A DNA stretch of 64,000 nt from Catajapyx aquilonaris (taxonomy: Eukaryota), in contig KZ538440.1 in NCBI GenBank assembly GCA_000934665.2, positions 1 to 64,000 on the forward strand, in the 5' to 3' direction. Positions 37,909 to 50,647 of the stretch are shown here, piece after piece. Both the position numbers and the translations under genes were made by a program. The notes under the pieces are model-generated. The model saw only the letters and a list, made by a program, of their open reading frames with translations. It had not been told where the DNA came from and did not search any database. Position 1 is the first letter of the stretch, and each line of letters starts with the position of its first letter.

Positions 37909-40097
37909 CGAATTAATTCATTTTCAAAAATGAAACGTGTCCATCTCTGACACAAAACACCGATCAGATCTAATAGTTTTACTACATCATTTACTACTGT
38001 CCTTTATGCACTTATATCTGCAGAGTTTGTTTAGCCTGGTTGCTCCGCTGCAGATGATCTACCGAGGGTCTAACGGATGTTCATTATTGTTGAAATCATT
38101 ATTATTAACACAAGTAACTAACTCTCGGTAGATCACCTACTCTCACAGCCAATGGTGCAACCTGTCTTGAAAAACCCGGCCAAAATCTTCCAGGTATACA
38201 CGAAAGGCAATAGGCCTTTTTCAAAAATTCCATTTCATGATAATGGTGCCAGTCGTGGTGCCAGAAAAGTGAGGCGGACCATTCCATTTGGATGGGTGAG
38301 ACCTGACCCACCCTGGAGCAGGGAATTGGACAACCCCTCCGGAGACTCCAGCCCGGGCCATATCAACACTCACGAATGTTGGGCTAAGCGTATCAGCGAA
38401 TGGCTTTCGCTAAGAGTGAAAGAAACGTAAGTAACAATCACGATTTTTAAAAGATTATTAGTTTTTCAACTGATTTGTGTTTTTCCACACCTCAAACGAT
38501 CATTCTACGTGCCATTGGCCATTACAATTAGCCAGTAGTGATAATTATGATGGGTAACTATTTCAATGGGGGACTTCCAAATTATCAAGCCTAATCTGAT
38601 AATTACAGCATCGATTGTTACCCATATAATTTTTTACAGTCATTCCTAAGTTGGTTGGCCCTTTTTTCCGCGTGAAGACGTGTCAACTTGATTCCCATGC
38701 TGAAAACACAATCGATAGAGGGAGACCTCACCACTAAGCACAGAGCTATTAGCCCAAGGACGGCGGGTTCTTCTACTTTCATCAATTCACCACTATTTTG
38801 CAGTCGATTCAATGTCCCTCCTGTTCCTCCACCCTTCCAACCTCAATTCCAAACTTTCTTAGGGTATAATGTCGTCCAGTAAGCCCTGCTGATTCTCACC
38901 TTCCATGTGGTAGTATCTATTTCTCACAAATAACAAATATTAGTAGTAGTACCTTTTCAATAAATTAAGTCTTCCAAATATTTTAATGCGATTTCATATA
39001 CTGTACAGGGTGTTCCTCAAGGTGCGCATTTTCTTTTGGAACTCTCTATATCCTTGTAATATTCCAAGACGAAATTGCTCTTTTTAAATTAGGAGATTTC
39101 GGCTCCACTACGGAGATGATAGCATGTTAAGTTATGAGTCATTACACACTTGGTTATGGGCAATTCCTGTTGTCAGTGAAACCACCTGACTCTAAAACGA
39201 AGTATCACACATGCCAGACACATGCAGTTTTTTCGTTTTGGACCGTGTTCGTCCATGTCCCTGCTGGCACACTGGCAACCAAACGATTTTGAATAGGTTG
39301 AGAGAGTTTGGCGGGGAACCAATAGGGAATAGGCGAACGGGAATGCTGCTCTAAACATATTCCTCATAAAACATCACTTATCAAGTTACCACATTACGTG
39401 ACCGGGAGTTTTGTGGGAGACAGAAATCAGGAGACTAACTACTCTTTAGAAGAGGCCTAGTCTGACCCACATGTAATCCAGTACGGGATAACTTACTTGG
39501 GCAATAAGCATCCTTATTTCCAATTTTGAGGAGTAGCTTCCGGTGTAACAGCGCCTCGGAGTGAGATGTCCAGATTCGTGGAAAGTGAAGATTGGGCTGA
39601 AACATATAGAATGCATGCTTCTGTGAGCAGTGATTGAGACAGAAAACGAAAATATTAAAACATGACATGTCAATACAGGGTGTTCCACGTATGTGGGTCT
39701 ATTTTGTTATGGGCAATTTCGCTCGAAGCTGCTATTTTGTGTAGCTTCTTGCGCCCTGATATAGGTATAGGCTACTGTATAGCAACTGCTACATTCGACC
39801 ACCTGGGAATAATGGGCAACTCGATTGGAGCGCAACAAGCTAAACAAAAATAATAATATAACTATCTTAGGCGATATTAACGATAAGTTCTTAAAACGAC
39901 CCTGACATTTGGAACACCCTGTATCATATAACAAAAAAATATACAGGACGTTCCAAGTTCTTGAGTATAGGTTTTAGTTATCAACAACAACAACAATCAT
40001 AATCATAATAACAATCACAATAAATTAGGAATAGTTTTTGTGTTGCTAATTGTGCCCAGATTCAGATGCCCAATTACTCCCCGGCGCAGCGGTCACA

Positions 40098-41035
40098 TAC
40101 TTGCCCTGATCTGAAAATATTGGGACACCCCCAAAAAATGGAGTGGTGGGGTTATACACAGGATGTGATAAAAAGTTTCCATTAAGATTATCTGGACTTT
40201 AGAATGGATAATTATGAATAGTAACAATTGAGCTAGGAGGATACCAAATTTGAAGTTCATTTGACAGTTAACAACTGAAATAAATACGATTATACCTTGG
40301 ACAGTGAATTTCTGTGGGGTCTGGTAAAAATTGCTGCCACTATGTTAATTTCTTACTTAGCGGGATGTAAATGTTGATAATGAACCTGAGGGGCCGCACA
40401 AACCCAAAAACAGTTATGACATTAATTACAAAAAATCTAGCACAAAATTAAAAAATATTTATCGCAAGTGGATTTTTTCAGAAATTGATACACTTGGCTG
40501 TACCACATTTAACGGTGTTATTTATTAATAAATTAAAATGTGATAGTATTGTTTATCTAGAACTCAGTCCAATGCGCTATGATAAAAAATTTCATTGCAA
40601 TTAAAGTAAAATGGCTTTAAATATTCCTTAATTCAAAAATGCACAGAAAATGGCATATCTGCAAGCCATGATAAATATTTTTTAATTTTGTGCTAGATTT
40701 TTTGTAATTAATGTCATAACTGTTTTTGGGTTTGTGCGGCCCCTCAGGTTCATTATCAACATTTACATCCCGCTAAGTAAGAAATAAACAGAGTGGCAGC
40801 AATTTTTACCAGACCCCACAGAAATTCACTGTCCAAGGTATAATCGTATTTATTTCAGTTGTTAACTGTCAAATGAACTTCAAATTTGGTATCCTCCTAG
40901 CTCAATTGTTACTATTCATAATTATCCATTCTAAAGTCCAGATAATCTTAATGGAAACTTTTTATCACATCCTGTGTATAACCCCACCACTCCATTTTTT
41001 GGGGGTGTCCCAATATTTTCAGATCAGAGCAAGTA
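40098..41035. mobile_element. Young foldback element with ~365-bp near-identical arms, nested in a CAGGGTGTTCCAA-type MITE (~39944-41161)
   Basis: TACTTGCCCTGATCTGAAAATATTGGGACACC ... GGTGTCCCAATATTTTCAGATCAGAGCAAGTA; arms to 40463 and from 40670. Confidence 0.85.
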
Positions 41036-41196
41036 TATAGCAGTTTCTATACTGTAGAATAGGGCACCTGGTTTAGGGGCGCAACAAACTACAGAGAAAT
41101 AACACCTTCGAGCGAGATTTTCTATAACTAAAAGTATACTAATATTACTTGGAACACCCTGTATATAAATAGCGAAATGACGAAATTTCAACTCAC

Positions 41197-41280
41197 CATG
41201 AATTTTGCGAGTTTCTCTTCCTGCAGCTCATGTGGCTCGACTGGCCTCAACAGGGCTCCGATTTTATCACCTTGCACCAT
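41197..41280 (-). CDS. Putative first coding exon of an unidentified gene (MVQGDKIGALLRPVEPHELQEEKLAKFM)
   Basis: acaATGG start context, 28 open codons, consensus donor ATG|GTGAGT; downstream exons not resolved. Confidence 0.35.
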
Positions 41281-41478
41281 TGTCTTTAAAATGACTTATC
41301 ACTCAATCTGTCCCATCTGACGAACTGATGCGGCCACTAAACTTATGTATTTTACAGTATGTAGAGTAGTTACACTCATACTACCACTGCGCAGTGTCCT
41401 GCATTTTGCAATCTTATAATTACGTCACCACCTGCAGTAGATCTACACATCATCCGTTCATATCGTTATACCTGGAAA
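41281..41478. promoter_or_regulatory. Putative short bidirectional promoter (tektin / unknown gene)
   Basis: Two divergent ATG-plus-donor exons about 200 bp apart; CRE-like TTACGTCA near 41420. Confidence 0.35.
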
Positions 41479-44400
41479 ATGACAGCAAGATCCCGCTGCA
41501 AAGGCCCTCAGGTCAGTACCGGTCATAAAGAATGGTACGACTCTATATGGACGAAATGTTTGATCATGTTCCCAAACCCTGGGTCGCCAGAGTGTTTTTA
41601 AGTGTCGAAAGGAAGTCCAGGAAAGGGGAATCAAAATAAAGTAAACAAAGAGAAGAAGAAGAAGAAGAAAAAAAAACGAGGCAAAGTATAGGAAAGTTTT
41701 AGGGGGGTACATCAATTCTATGTAAGCATTGTACTGGTTCGGCCAAGCGGCATGTGCTGCAGGCCGACAAAGGCTAAATAAAGCATTGTACCTGGTTGAA
41801 CACTTGGTATAATTAAAATTTTCATTAAAAATCGGGATGGGTCATACGGATCGCCAGAGGTCCAGAAAATGTTGTCCATGGACAACATATATTTTCTGGA
41901 CCTCTGGCGATAAGTATAAGGTTGCTGGACATTGAGGATATCATAAACATTCCCCCCCCCCCCCCATAGAGTCGTACCATTATTTATGAGCGGGACTGTA
42001 CTTGTACAGGGTGGGGCAAAAGCCATGGGCGGATAAAAACGACGCAGCATGGCGTAAGTAACGAACGATTATATATTTTTTTAAATTACACTACACAGAG
42101 AAAGATATATTTATGCCATTTATGGATCAAGTTCCAAAAAAGTCACGTCTTGAAAACAACACCGGATAGATGTCCACCTTTGAGGGCAACACATTCCTCC
42201 AAGCACCGGACGAAACCCTTCATTACGATCTCAGCATGTCCAGGGGAATGCTTCTCACGACGTGTGCTCTGATCCTTAAGATCAGCCAATGACTGAGGAC
42301 GTGTGGCGAACACCAAACTCGTCTTCAGATACCCCAGCAAGAAGAAGTCGGGGGTGGTCAAATCCGGCGACCGCGACGGCCATGGAATGTCCCCAAATCT
42401 CGAATCACCCAGGAAACCTTTGACTTTTAATTTGTTTGGTGTTCGCCACACGTCCTCAGTCATTGGCTGATCTTAAGGATCAGATAAGACAAGCCGTGAG
42501 AAACATTTCCCTTGACATGCTGGGGCGCGTTATGAAAGGTTTCGTCCGGCGCATGGAGGAATAATGTGTTCCCCGCAAAGGTGGACATCTATCCGGTGTT
42601 GTTTTCAAAAAGTGACTTTTTTGGACCTTGATCTATAAATGGCATATCTTTCTCTGTGTAGTGTAATTTTTTAAAAATATAATCGTTCGTTACTTACGCC
42701 ATGCTGCGTCGTTTTTATCCGCCCATGACTTTGCCCACCCTGTATAAAGGAAGATGACAAGAACACGAAGAAAGCTGGTGGGGCAGGGGTTGGACATTTT
42801 TCATAAAATCATACTCGATCAGATTTTTCATTCCCGCGCATTCCTTCAGCCCATTTTGTGCCTTTGATTCAGTGAAATATGAAACTACTTAAAGCAGTAC
42901 TGTACAAGTATTAGTTCGCCAGGGTTTTTCTTACTGAGGAATCTAAAATACCACCGTTCCGCATTAGATAGGTATGTTCAACTATATTCGAAAAAATGAC
43001 AATGGAAATCCTGTCTGGCTGCCGGGAACGCATTTATCTGTACAGGTAGTAGACACGTTTCCGTTATATCCAGGGTCCACTATAAATGACAAGTTACTCT
43101 CTACCTCGCGCTTCCCCTTCATAGCACACCCTACGGTAGGAACAAATAATAATGCAGTAAAACTGCTATAAGTCGAACTTCCCTAAGTCGAAGAAAATGA
43201 TGAGCTTGGTTGGTCACAATGTGAAATTTGGATATGAAATAAACTTCCCTAACTCGAATTTCTATAACTCGAAGTTCTCCATAACTCGAAGTGCTGGCAG
43301 GGCCTTACCATGGGATATCAATGCATTTTCAGTCTCCCTAAGTCGAAGTTCATGTTGGCGAGTACGGAAAATTTTTCTCATTTCCCAGCCGAAGGGTCGA
43401 GAGTATTAGGTCACATGTACAGAAAGGCTCAATTTCCTGATCTCCATCTACCAGACGTACCGAAAGAAGTGTTTGACTCGATTGTGACAATTGAATCATT
43501 GAATCTAAGAGTAGGCAATATTGTCCATAACGGATTTTTTTACACCAAAACAACGAGGAACATTGTAAGTGTGATACTGACAGTTATTTTAAAGTTTTGA
43601 ACACCTTTAGTCGTTGGATATAATTATGAAGGTACTCTTCCTTATAGAGTTCTGTGCTTAAAAATTCCAAACTTCTCTAACTCGAATATTCTATAACTAG
43701 AAGTTTTTTCCCGGTCCCATGGATATTCGACTTATAGAAGTTTTACTGTAATAATAATAAAGCAATATATTGTGTGACTGAATCTCATCATTTCTCTAAC
43801 AGAGGGTCTAATGAGAGCAATAAACAATAAAAATTCCAGTACTTGGAATCATCCATCTGCACAAGAAGAGGCTGCCCCTGCGGGGAAAGACAGACTCATT
43901 TTCCTCATATCCAACGTCCACTAACTGGCAGCCTTCTTCGATCCCTTCCTTGGAGGCATACTACTAACGAGTAAGATATATTATTTTGATACATTGCGAA
44001 GTTCTATTCAGTATAGCCTACAACAGGAATGTGCACACTGAAACCTTGATATATCGTTCCCTGATCCATCGTTCAATTTCTAGAATCCCGGAATAAATCC
44101 GCATTTATATTTTTTTCCGTATCCATCGTTTTTCAGATCCCTAACGAAATCGATGAATCGAGGTTTCATTGTACTCCCACGTAAAATGGCTAATGCCCTC
44201 AAATGACTTCAATTTTCAGTTTGGAAGGTCTTTACGCCAGCATGCCGAATAAACACTACGGCCACATCCCTGGCACCCGTTTCCCAAACGTGGTGACAGG
44301 CTTCAATGTTGACCCCGCTCAAGCATCCCGCACTGCTCTTTACACCAGATACACTCCATCTGACTGGCTCCAGAGCAATATCAATCAGATTTGCTCATCC

Positions 44401-46628
44401 AAGAATGTTCGCATGATCTCCGAAAGACTTCGAGGAGATTCAGTCAACCTCATCATGTAATAATTATCCTTATTCATTAACATATTGATTGACAAATAGG
44501 TTAATTTGGTTATTTAATTATGTAAATAAGTGATATTGTCTAAAGCGCGTTAGAATATTGCGCATTGCCTTCTGCACATCAAGATATAATACTGTATTGC
44601 AAAATGACAACATTTGCAGATATATACATAAAGTGCACCTGGGTATTCGTAAGTGCCCAACATGCCTGACCACTTATTTCGGGCACTTGTAATAAAGTTA
44701 CATTGAGGCGATAGAGAGAATTTATGAATTTATTGTCTCATTTTGCTTTCTACCAGAATTACTTCTGTAAAGCAAGGGGGATGGCGTTTTCCCCCAATAA
44801 CCTGTAGAGATGGCCTCATAATATAGGCCTACCAGCTCATTTCCAGTCTCACAGCCCGTCACAGTCTCACTCGTGTCCCTCATACGTCTGTCTGCCCTGT
44901 ATGTCTATACGGTGCTGAAAATAATGTTTGGCGCCAAAAAACATTGTGAACCCCTTTTCATCGCCTGAAATAACTGCCTTCAGTGTTCAGGATAGGCTAT
45001 CCCAAAGGAGTGTTGCAAAAATTGCGATAACTTTCCACCACTTATAGGCTTGTTAGTATACATCTCATTAAGTACCAGTAACTAGCAGAGAAATGTACAA
45101 TATTAATGGGACAGGAAGTTAGGTTTTGGTAATTCATTTTAACCCATGGATATTTTTCCTTCAACCCTGCAACTGGACCAAGACAGGAAACTGTAAGTAG
45201 TTGGACACTTCACAAATAGTTAGACTAACCACTCGTTGCAATGACAAATTCTCCCTTGTTTGTTAGGGACACAGATGTAATCAGAGGCCAGCGTGAATCG
45301 ACCAAACGCTTGGGTGACCGCGTAATCGACACAACTCAGTGGAAAGAAGATTTGAGAACTGAACTAGAGGCAAATGTTTCTGAAAGTGAGCGTCTTCAAG
45401 AGTCTCGAGCAGCTCTCGAGAGAGCCCACAAGGAAACAGATGGACCACTACACGTAGTGCAAGAAAATCTGTACCACCGTGAAAAGCGTGAAGGTCAGAA
45501 TGTTTTCACAACATATTGATGCAACTTTAATAAACAAATTAATAACTGACTGGTTATTCAGGTATTGATATGGTGCATGACAAAGTTGAGCAAGGCCTAT
45601 TGAGAGAACTGGATGTCATCCGCACTTCCCGAGACAAACTTAAGAGTGCCATTGATCGAGTCAACTGCCAGGTAAGAATGCCGGTAGCAATTACGAATTA
45701 CGTTAACTTACAGTGAAGAGGTGAAACTTATGCATGATCACTTTAGCTGGGGGTGAACCGAGCTGCTCGTCATGAACTGGAACGTGATTTCGCCAATAAG
45801 GAGCAAGCATGGTGCATTGATGCATCATGTCTTGAGCTGAGTACCAATTCAAAATCCATTGCGCACCGTCCTGGAATTGAAACCCTGGACCCCACGTATG
45901 AATTACTCACTTGAAAATACCTGTCACTTTATCTTAAAATGCACCAATTGCCACTTAATTTTCCATTTACAGTGTCAGCATGCCTGAAACATGGGCAGAC
46001 TTCTCATACACCAACATCCAACGCTCACAAGCAGAAAGAGCCAAATCACAGCACATGCGTGTTGAGGCAGATAATGACATTTGTACCACTTTTAACAACA
46101 TGTGGGAAGTGTGGACCAACACCACTGAGTCACTGGCTCACCGTTCACGTGAAACACAAGAAGCCAAATCAAACCTGGAGCATTCCTTACACAAGATCAA
46201 CCTTGAGATATATGACATTGAGAGGAACATGGCAGTGTTACGTAAGTCCCTTGCAGACAAATCTGCCCCACTGCAATTGGCCCAAACCCGCCTAGAGAAC
46301 CGCTTGCACCGACCAGCCATTGAACTATGTCGTGATCCAGCACATATAAAGTAAGTAAGGTGGCATAATCTTATCCAACGACATCTCTTTAAACTTTCAT
46401 TCTTGCATTTACAGTCTTGTGCACGAGGTTTATGACATCAATGACATGGTCGAACAACTACAGCGCAAGCTGCGTGAAGCTGAGGTGATCCATCAGAAGA
46501 TGCTCAAGTCTAGGAGTGACCTAGAACATGACATACAGGTCAAGGCCAAGAGCCTGTTTATTGATAGGGAGAAGTGCTTGTCTATGCGAAAAAGTTTTCC
46601 GATTTCTACTGCCATTGTATCTCGTTAG
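41479..46628 (+). CDS. Tektin, TEKT3/TEKT5-like (axonemal filament protein)
   Basis: Phase-compatible exons 41479-41511 (tentative), 43840-43970 (SLPWRH), 44220-44456 (RFPNVVTGF..ALYTRYTPSDW), 45267-45493, 45562-45671 (GIDMVHD), 45747-45895, 45973-46350 (tektin signature RPAIELCRD), 46415-46628 (IDREKCLSMRKSFP, stop). Confidence 0.9.
41514..41998. mobile_element. Tc1/mariner-type MITE at the tektin exon 1 donor
   Basis: Same family as 19961-20348; CAGTACCGGTCATAAAGAATGGTACGAC ... GTCGTACCATTATTTATGAGCGGGACTG|TA. Confidence 0.78.
42007..42742. mobile_element. rosa/maT-like mariner foldback (3' end duplicated)
   Basis: TA|CAGGGTGGGGCAAAAG ... CTTTGCCCACCCTG|TA; ~305-bp arms, both carrying the ..KGGHLSGVVFK C-terminus; centre encodes WPSRSPDLTTPDFFLLGYLK. 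Confidence 0.85.
43155..43748. mobile_element. pogo/Tigger-like MITE (second copy ~59225-59739)
   Basis: CAGTAAAACTGCTATAAGTCGAA ... TTCGACTTATAGAAGTTTTACTG|TA; repeated TAACTCGAA subterminal motifs. Confidence 0.75.
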
Positions 46629-47540
46629 TTGAAAAACTGATACCAAGGCAGGTATCTGGAGGTAGTTGAGTGAGTATATTAGTAGAATATGTTGTCCAGC
46701 ACTAAACCTGGAGCTAAATCAGGATGACAACCAGGGTTTTAATTTGGTGTGGTGCCTGGTTACGTGGGGCCAGTGGCTTTTCAAGTTTTCCAGGGAAGGT
46801 GGCACTTACACCAACTGTTCACAAAAAGTGTTGTTTACTATTTAATAATTTTGCATTTTAAATAAGCCTTTAATAAGATGAACATTCTCTCAGAATCTAT
46901 AAATTAACCCATGAAATTCCACATGTCCCAAGTCCCGAAACAGGTGACTTGTGCCACTTGTTAATATTAATAGGTAACGATGTATCATAATTATTATTAA
47001 TTAATACTGCAATTAGCATGTCAGAAATGTGACTGTCAGATAAGAATTTGCTACTATAGTTACTGGGAATTATCTCTAGTGCTCTCTGGTACAGTAAAGG
47101 CCAGGGCAAGAAAACAGCTTTTTTTGGAAAAAGACTGAAAATACGTGTGTTATTTCTCTTCCAGTTTTTTCAGAGGTCATGGAAAAATGAGAAATTTTGG
47201 ATGCTTTTTTTGGAAACCTGCATTTATACAGGAACTTGTTTCATTTTTACAAGCTTGGTTCTAATTAAAGACAAAGCCTTTCTGATGTTTTTGCTTGCAA
47301 CCTTTCATCTGAAACTGAGTAAATGTGTGACAAGTACATTCTGCAATGTGTCTATACTGATACCGTTTTAACTTTTATATTAAATCATTATTATGCAAGT
47401 CCTCAAAAAATCACTCAATTCAATATTCATTTTATTCCTGTTTCCCAATTACAATATAGCAACACATAGTAAAAGAGCAAAAGGAGCAAGAAATTTAAAA
47501 AAATTAAACACCGTTGGGTATGTAATGTACAGTACACTAA

Positions 47541-48691
47541 CAAGGGAACTGTCAAGGTCGACCCCCTCCAATTTGGTTGAAACTTGCTTGAGCCATCATT
47601 CATGTGCGATAGACACAGTGGTGAAAATTTTAGCTGACACTTTCCAGCCGTTTCCGAGATATGAGCGACAGAAACATCCGAATTTTGGCCCTGCGCATAG
47701 AGGTCGGGCGAGAAGGGACGAGTGCAAGGAAGAGCTGATGGTAGTCAAGTGGATATAGAGCATTGGACTTGTGATTTTGCCGGCCGGGAGCCGCTCTGCC
47801 AGCTGCAAATGCCTTCTACCTTGATTCCCCCCGCCCCCTTTTTTTTCGATCCCATACACCATCCCCCACCAACATTTTCGTTTTCGATATTGTTTCTTTG
47901 CTCCGGTATTTGTTATGAGACCATCAAGCTGCTTTCTTTCGCTTCTGTCAACTGCGAATAAAGAGCTTCTGCACCTACAATTGCGTAACGGGAACCCCTT
48001 CAGCCTTATCAAAATATGTATGACATTTTATTATCTCTCCTGCCCAATCCGATTGAGAATCTGTCCATATCTTAGCAAAGCTCACATTATTTTGTAAATG
48101 TGACCTGTTGACAATTTCGTGTTCTCGTTGGGGAGGGCCGCGGCAATTTATCTACTACAAACACTGATAGCGGCGGCATAATTTTCGTGTCCAGCTGATT
48201 TCGCCCACTTGTTTAAACTTGGAACCACTCACGGGCGATATAAGCTGTGAAAGCTGTGAATGGATGAGTCATCTCTAGAGGATGGTCACAGAAGTGCGTA
48301 CGTGTTAAGTCGTAAATTGCCAGGTGGCAGAGCCGGGCTCCAATATGTACCGAAAAACGGTAGTAGGCCGCCCGCCAGCTTTTGGCCTAGGTTGAGATGA
48401 AATAGCCAGTGCTTCGGGAGCATATTGGTCTGTCAATTATTGGCGTAACATATAGCCTGCCATGGTGCATACGCTATGGTTATCCACTATCCTTATCCCA
48501 TCCATCCTTCTCGCCTTCTCACCCGACCTCTATATGCGCGGGGCCAAAATTCGGATGTTTCTGTCACTCATATCTCGGAAACGGCTGGCAAGTGTCAGCT
48601 AAAACTTTCACCACTGTGTCTATCGTACATTAATGACCCATCCAGCAAGTTTCAACCAAATCGGAGGGGGTTGACCTTGACCGTTCCCTTG
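47541..48691. mobile_element. Tc4/Tc5-like non-autonomous element
   Basis: acTAA|CAAGGGAACTGTCAAGGTC ... GACCTTGACCGTTCCCTTG|TAAgt; ~180-bp TIRs; TAA duplication in CTNAG. Confidence 0.78.
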
Positions 48692-48799
48692 TAAGTATAT
48701 GAGGGCGAGTCAGAAATCATCCGCAATGTATTTTAATTTCGGCAACAAAGCTGTTCTTCAGCTACCCAGCTGTTTAAATGTGTTGGTATGGAAGAGTAC

Positions 48800-50000
48800 A
48801 TAGTATGCTCTCACTGCCCCATTCATCTTACCTTAAAAGGCCGTCTTCACATATGAGTTTAACATTAGGTGTTAATAGACATGTTTCCTACCTTTAAAAA
48901 ATGTGCAAAACTGTCAAATGATGAAAAACATGTTAATTTGCTTCTTGATGAAATTTATGTGACCCCTTGTGTATCCTACGAAGGTGGAAGTATTGGAGGC
49001 ATGACACAAACAGCCAGTTCTGATGAAGCCAAACTGGGCAGACTTTTATGATTTCATCACTATTTTCAAGGAAGCCCTTTTCCCAGTGAAAAATCTAAGA
49101 GCAGAATCAACTTTATGAACTACATCAAACAGTCCTCTGCATGTTGCATGAATGTGGATACAATGTATGAACTCTCATTTCTGACATGATTAATAGAATA
49201 TTATGTTCAGCAGAATGTGTGGTGGCCAGCTGAAGCCATCCATTCCTAACCCGTTTTCTTGTGAAGCACAATTGTTTTTTTTCTGTTCAACACGCCACAT
49301 TTGTTAAAATCCATAAGAAACAACTGGCTTAAACCCTGGAACCGTGACGTGGGGTCTTTTAAGACCCCGAAGGAATTAAAATGCATTAAAATGATAATTA
49401 CAATGAACTGTTGCCATTTTCTAAAAGTATATAACAGGAAGTGCATGTTTATTTTGAATTAACGATAATTTTAGGCATTGTTCAAAGAATAGTCATTAAT
49501 AAAAATATGGATGGGGTCCTAAAAGACCCCACGTCACGGTTGCCGTAACTTTCAGGTACGTCACGGTTCCAGGGTTAATAAAAAAGATCCAGAACATACA
49601 TTTCCTTACCCATCGATACATGACTCTGACCAAGTGCAGAGGGCAAGTTTGGTGCATCTCAAAACCATCTATGACTCGGAGACGACGCAGAATGCGAAGC
49701 TGGCCCCAAAGTTAACACAAAAGTTTTATTTCCTAGTTCGACAGAGAGTCAGAATGTTCTTCATGCAGTTAATCTCTTCCATGAGACCAATGTAACAGAA
49801 ATTCGTAGTAGTTCAGAGAGCTTTGGTGGTGACATGTATTGGAAACTGGAATTTACTATCACATATCGCATTGGTGGAAGGTGGTAAATTGTAAAAACTC
49901 CTTCAAGGGAAAGAAACTGTGGGATCCATGCAATGATCCTATTAGAAGCACTGATCATGAAAATATTATCTTTCTAGAAAAATTCAGTGAATGGGTATAA
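48800..50000 (+). pseudogene. P-element/THAP9-like transposase remnant
   Basis: LLLDEIYVTPCVSYEGG, FLFNTPHLLKSIRNNWL, AKLAPKLTQK..PSSTESQNVLHAVNLF in several frames. Confidence 0.75.
49333..49574. mobile_element. piggyBac-like MITE inserted in the P transposase remnant
   Basis: TTAA(A)CCCTGGAACCGTGACGT ... ACGTCACGGTTCCAGGG|TTAA; removing it restores ..NNWLNKKDP... Confidence 0.8.
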
Positions 50001-50647
50001 GTGTGGAAAGAGACAATCATGCATAAAATGATACTCTATTGGTTAACCATATTACGTAGGCCAAGATGGCACAGCATGAAATTACTAAGAATAATCTATT
50101 ATTAATGAGGTGTTCAAGCTTCGAACTGTCTTTGCAAAGAATTGCTTTAAAATAATTGCCTTTCAAGTCACTTTCCATACACATGAGTGAAAGCCAGTTC
50201 AAAGGATCCCAAGTTAATATTTTAAAATAAAGCTACAAAAAAAAACTAATCAGGCGATATCAGTTATAAAAAAAACGACTCGCGAATTTGGAACACCCTG
50301 TATATACTTATTTATTGACAGCACAACACGCATAATATTAGCATGCACCTCGGGCCAACTGCCCAGCGTGCCCATGGATTAAGTCTATGCCCCGTGGGGA
50401 CAAGTAGACTGCTGCTTTCACCAGCTCTCCCTCGCGCTCAACACGACTTTAGTAGTAGAGAGGAACGGTAGAGCGGGCTGTATCGCTCGTCCTGGTAGAG
50501 TGCGAGCAGCCTTGGCCAGTATAATCGTCCCCAGGGTGAGAAAAGCTACAAAAAGTAAGAGCGTTGAGCAATCTCCTATATTAACTAAACTGACCTGCAA
50601 ACTTGGAACACCCTGTATATAATGGACATACAGAAAGTATCCACTAA

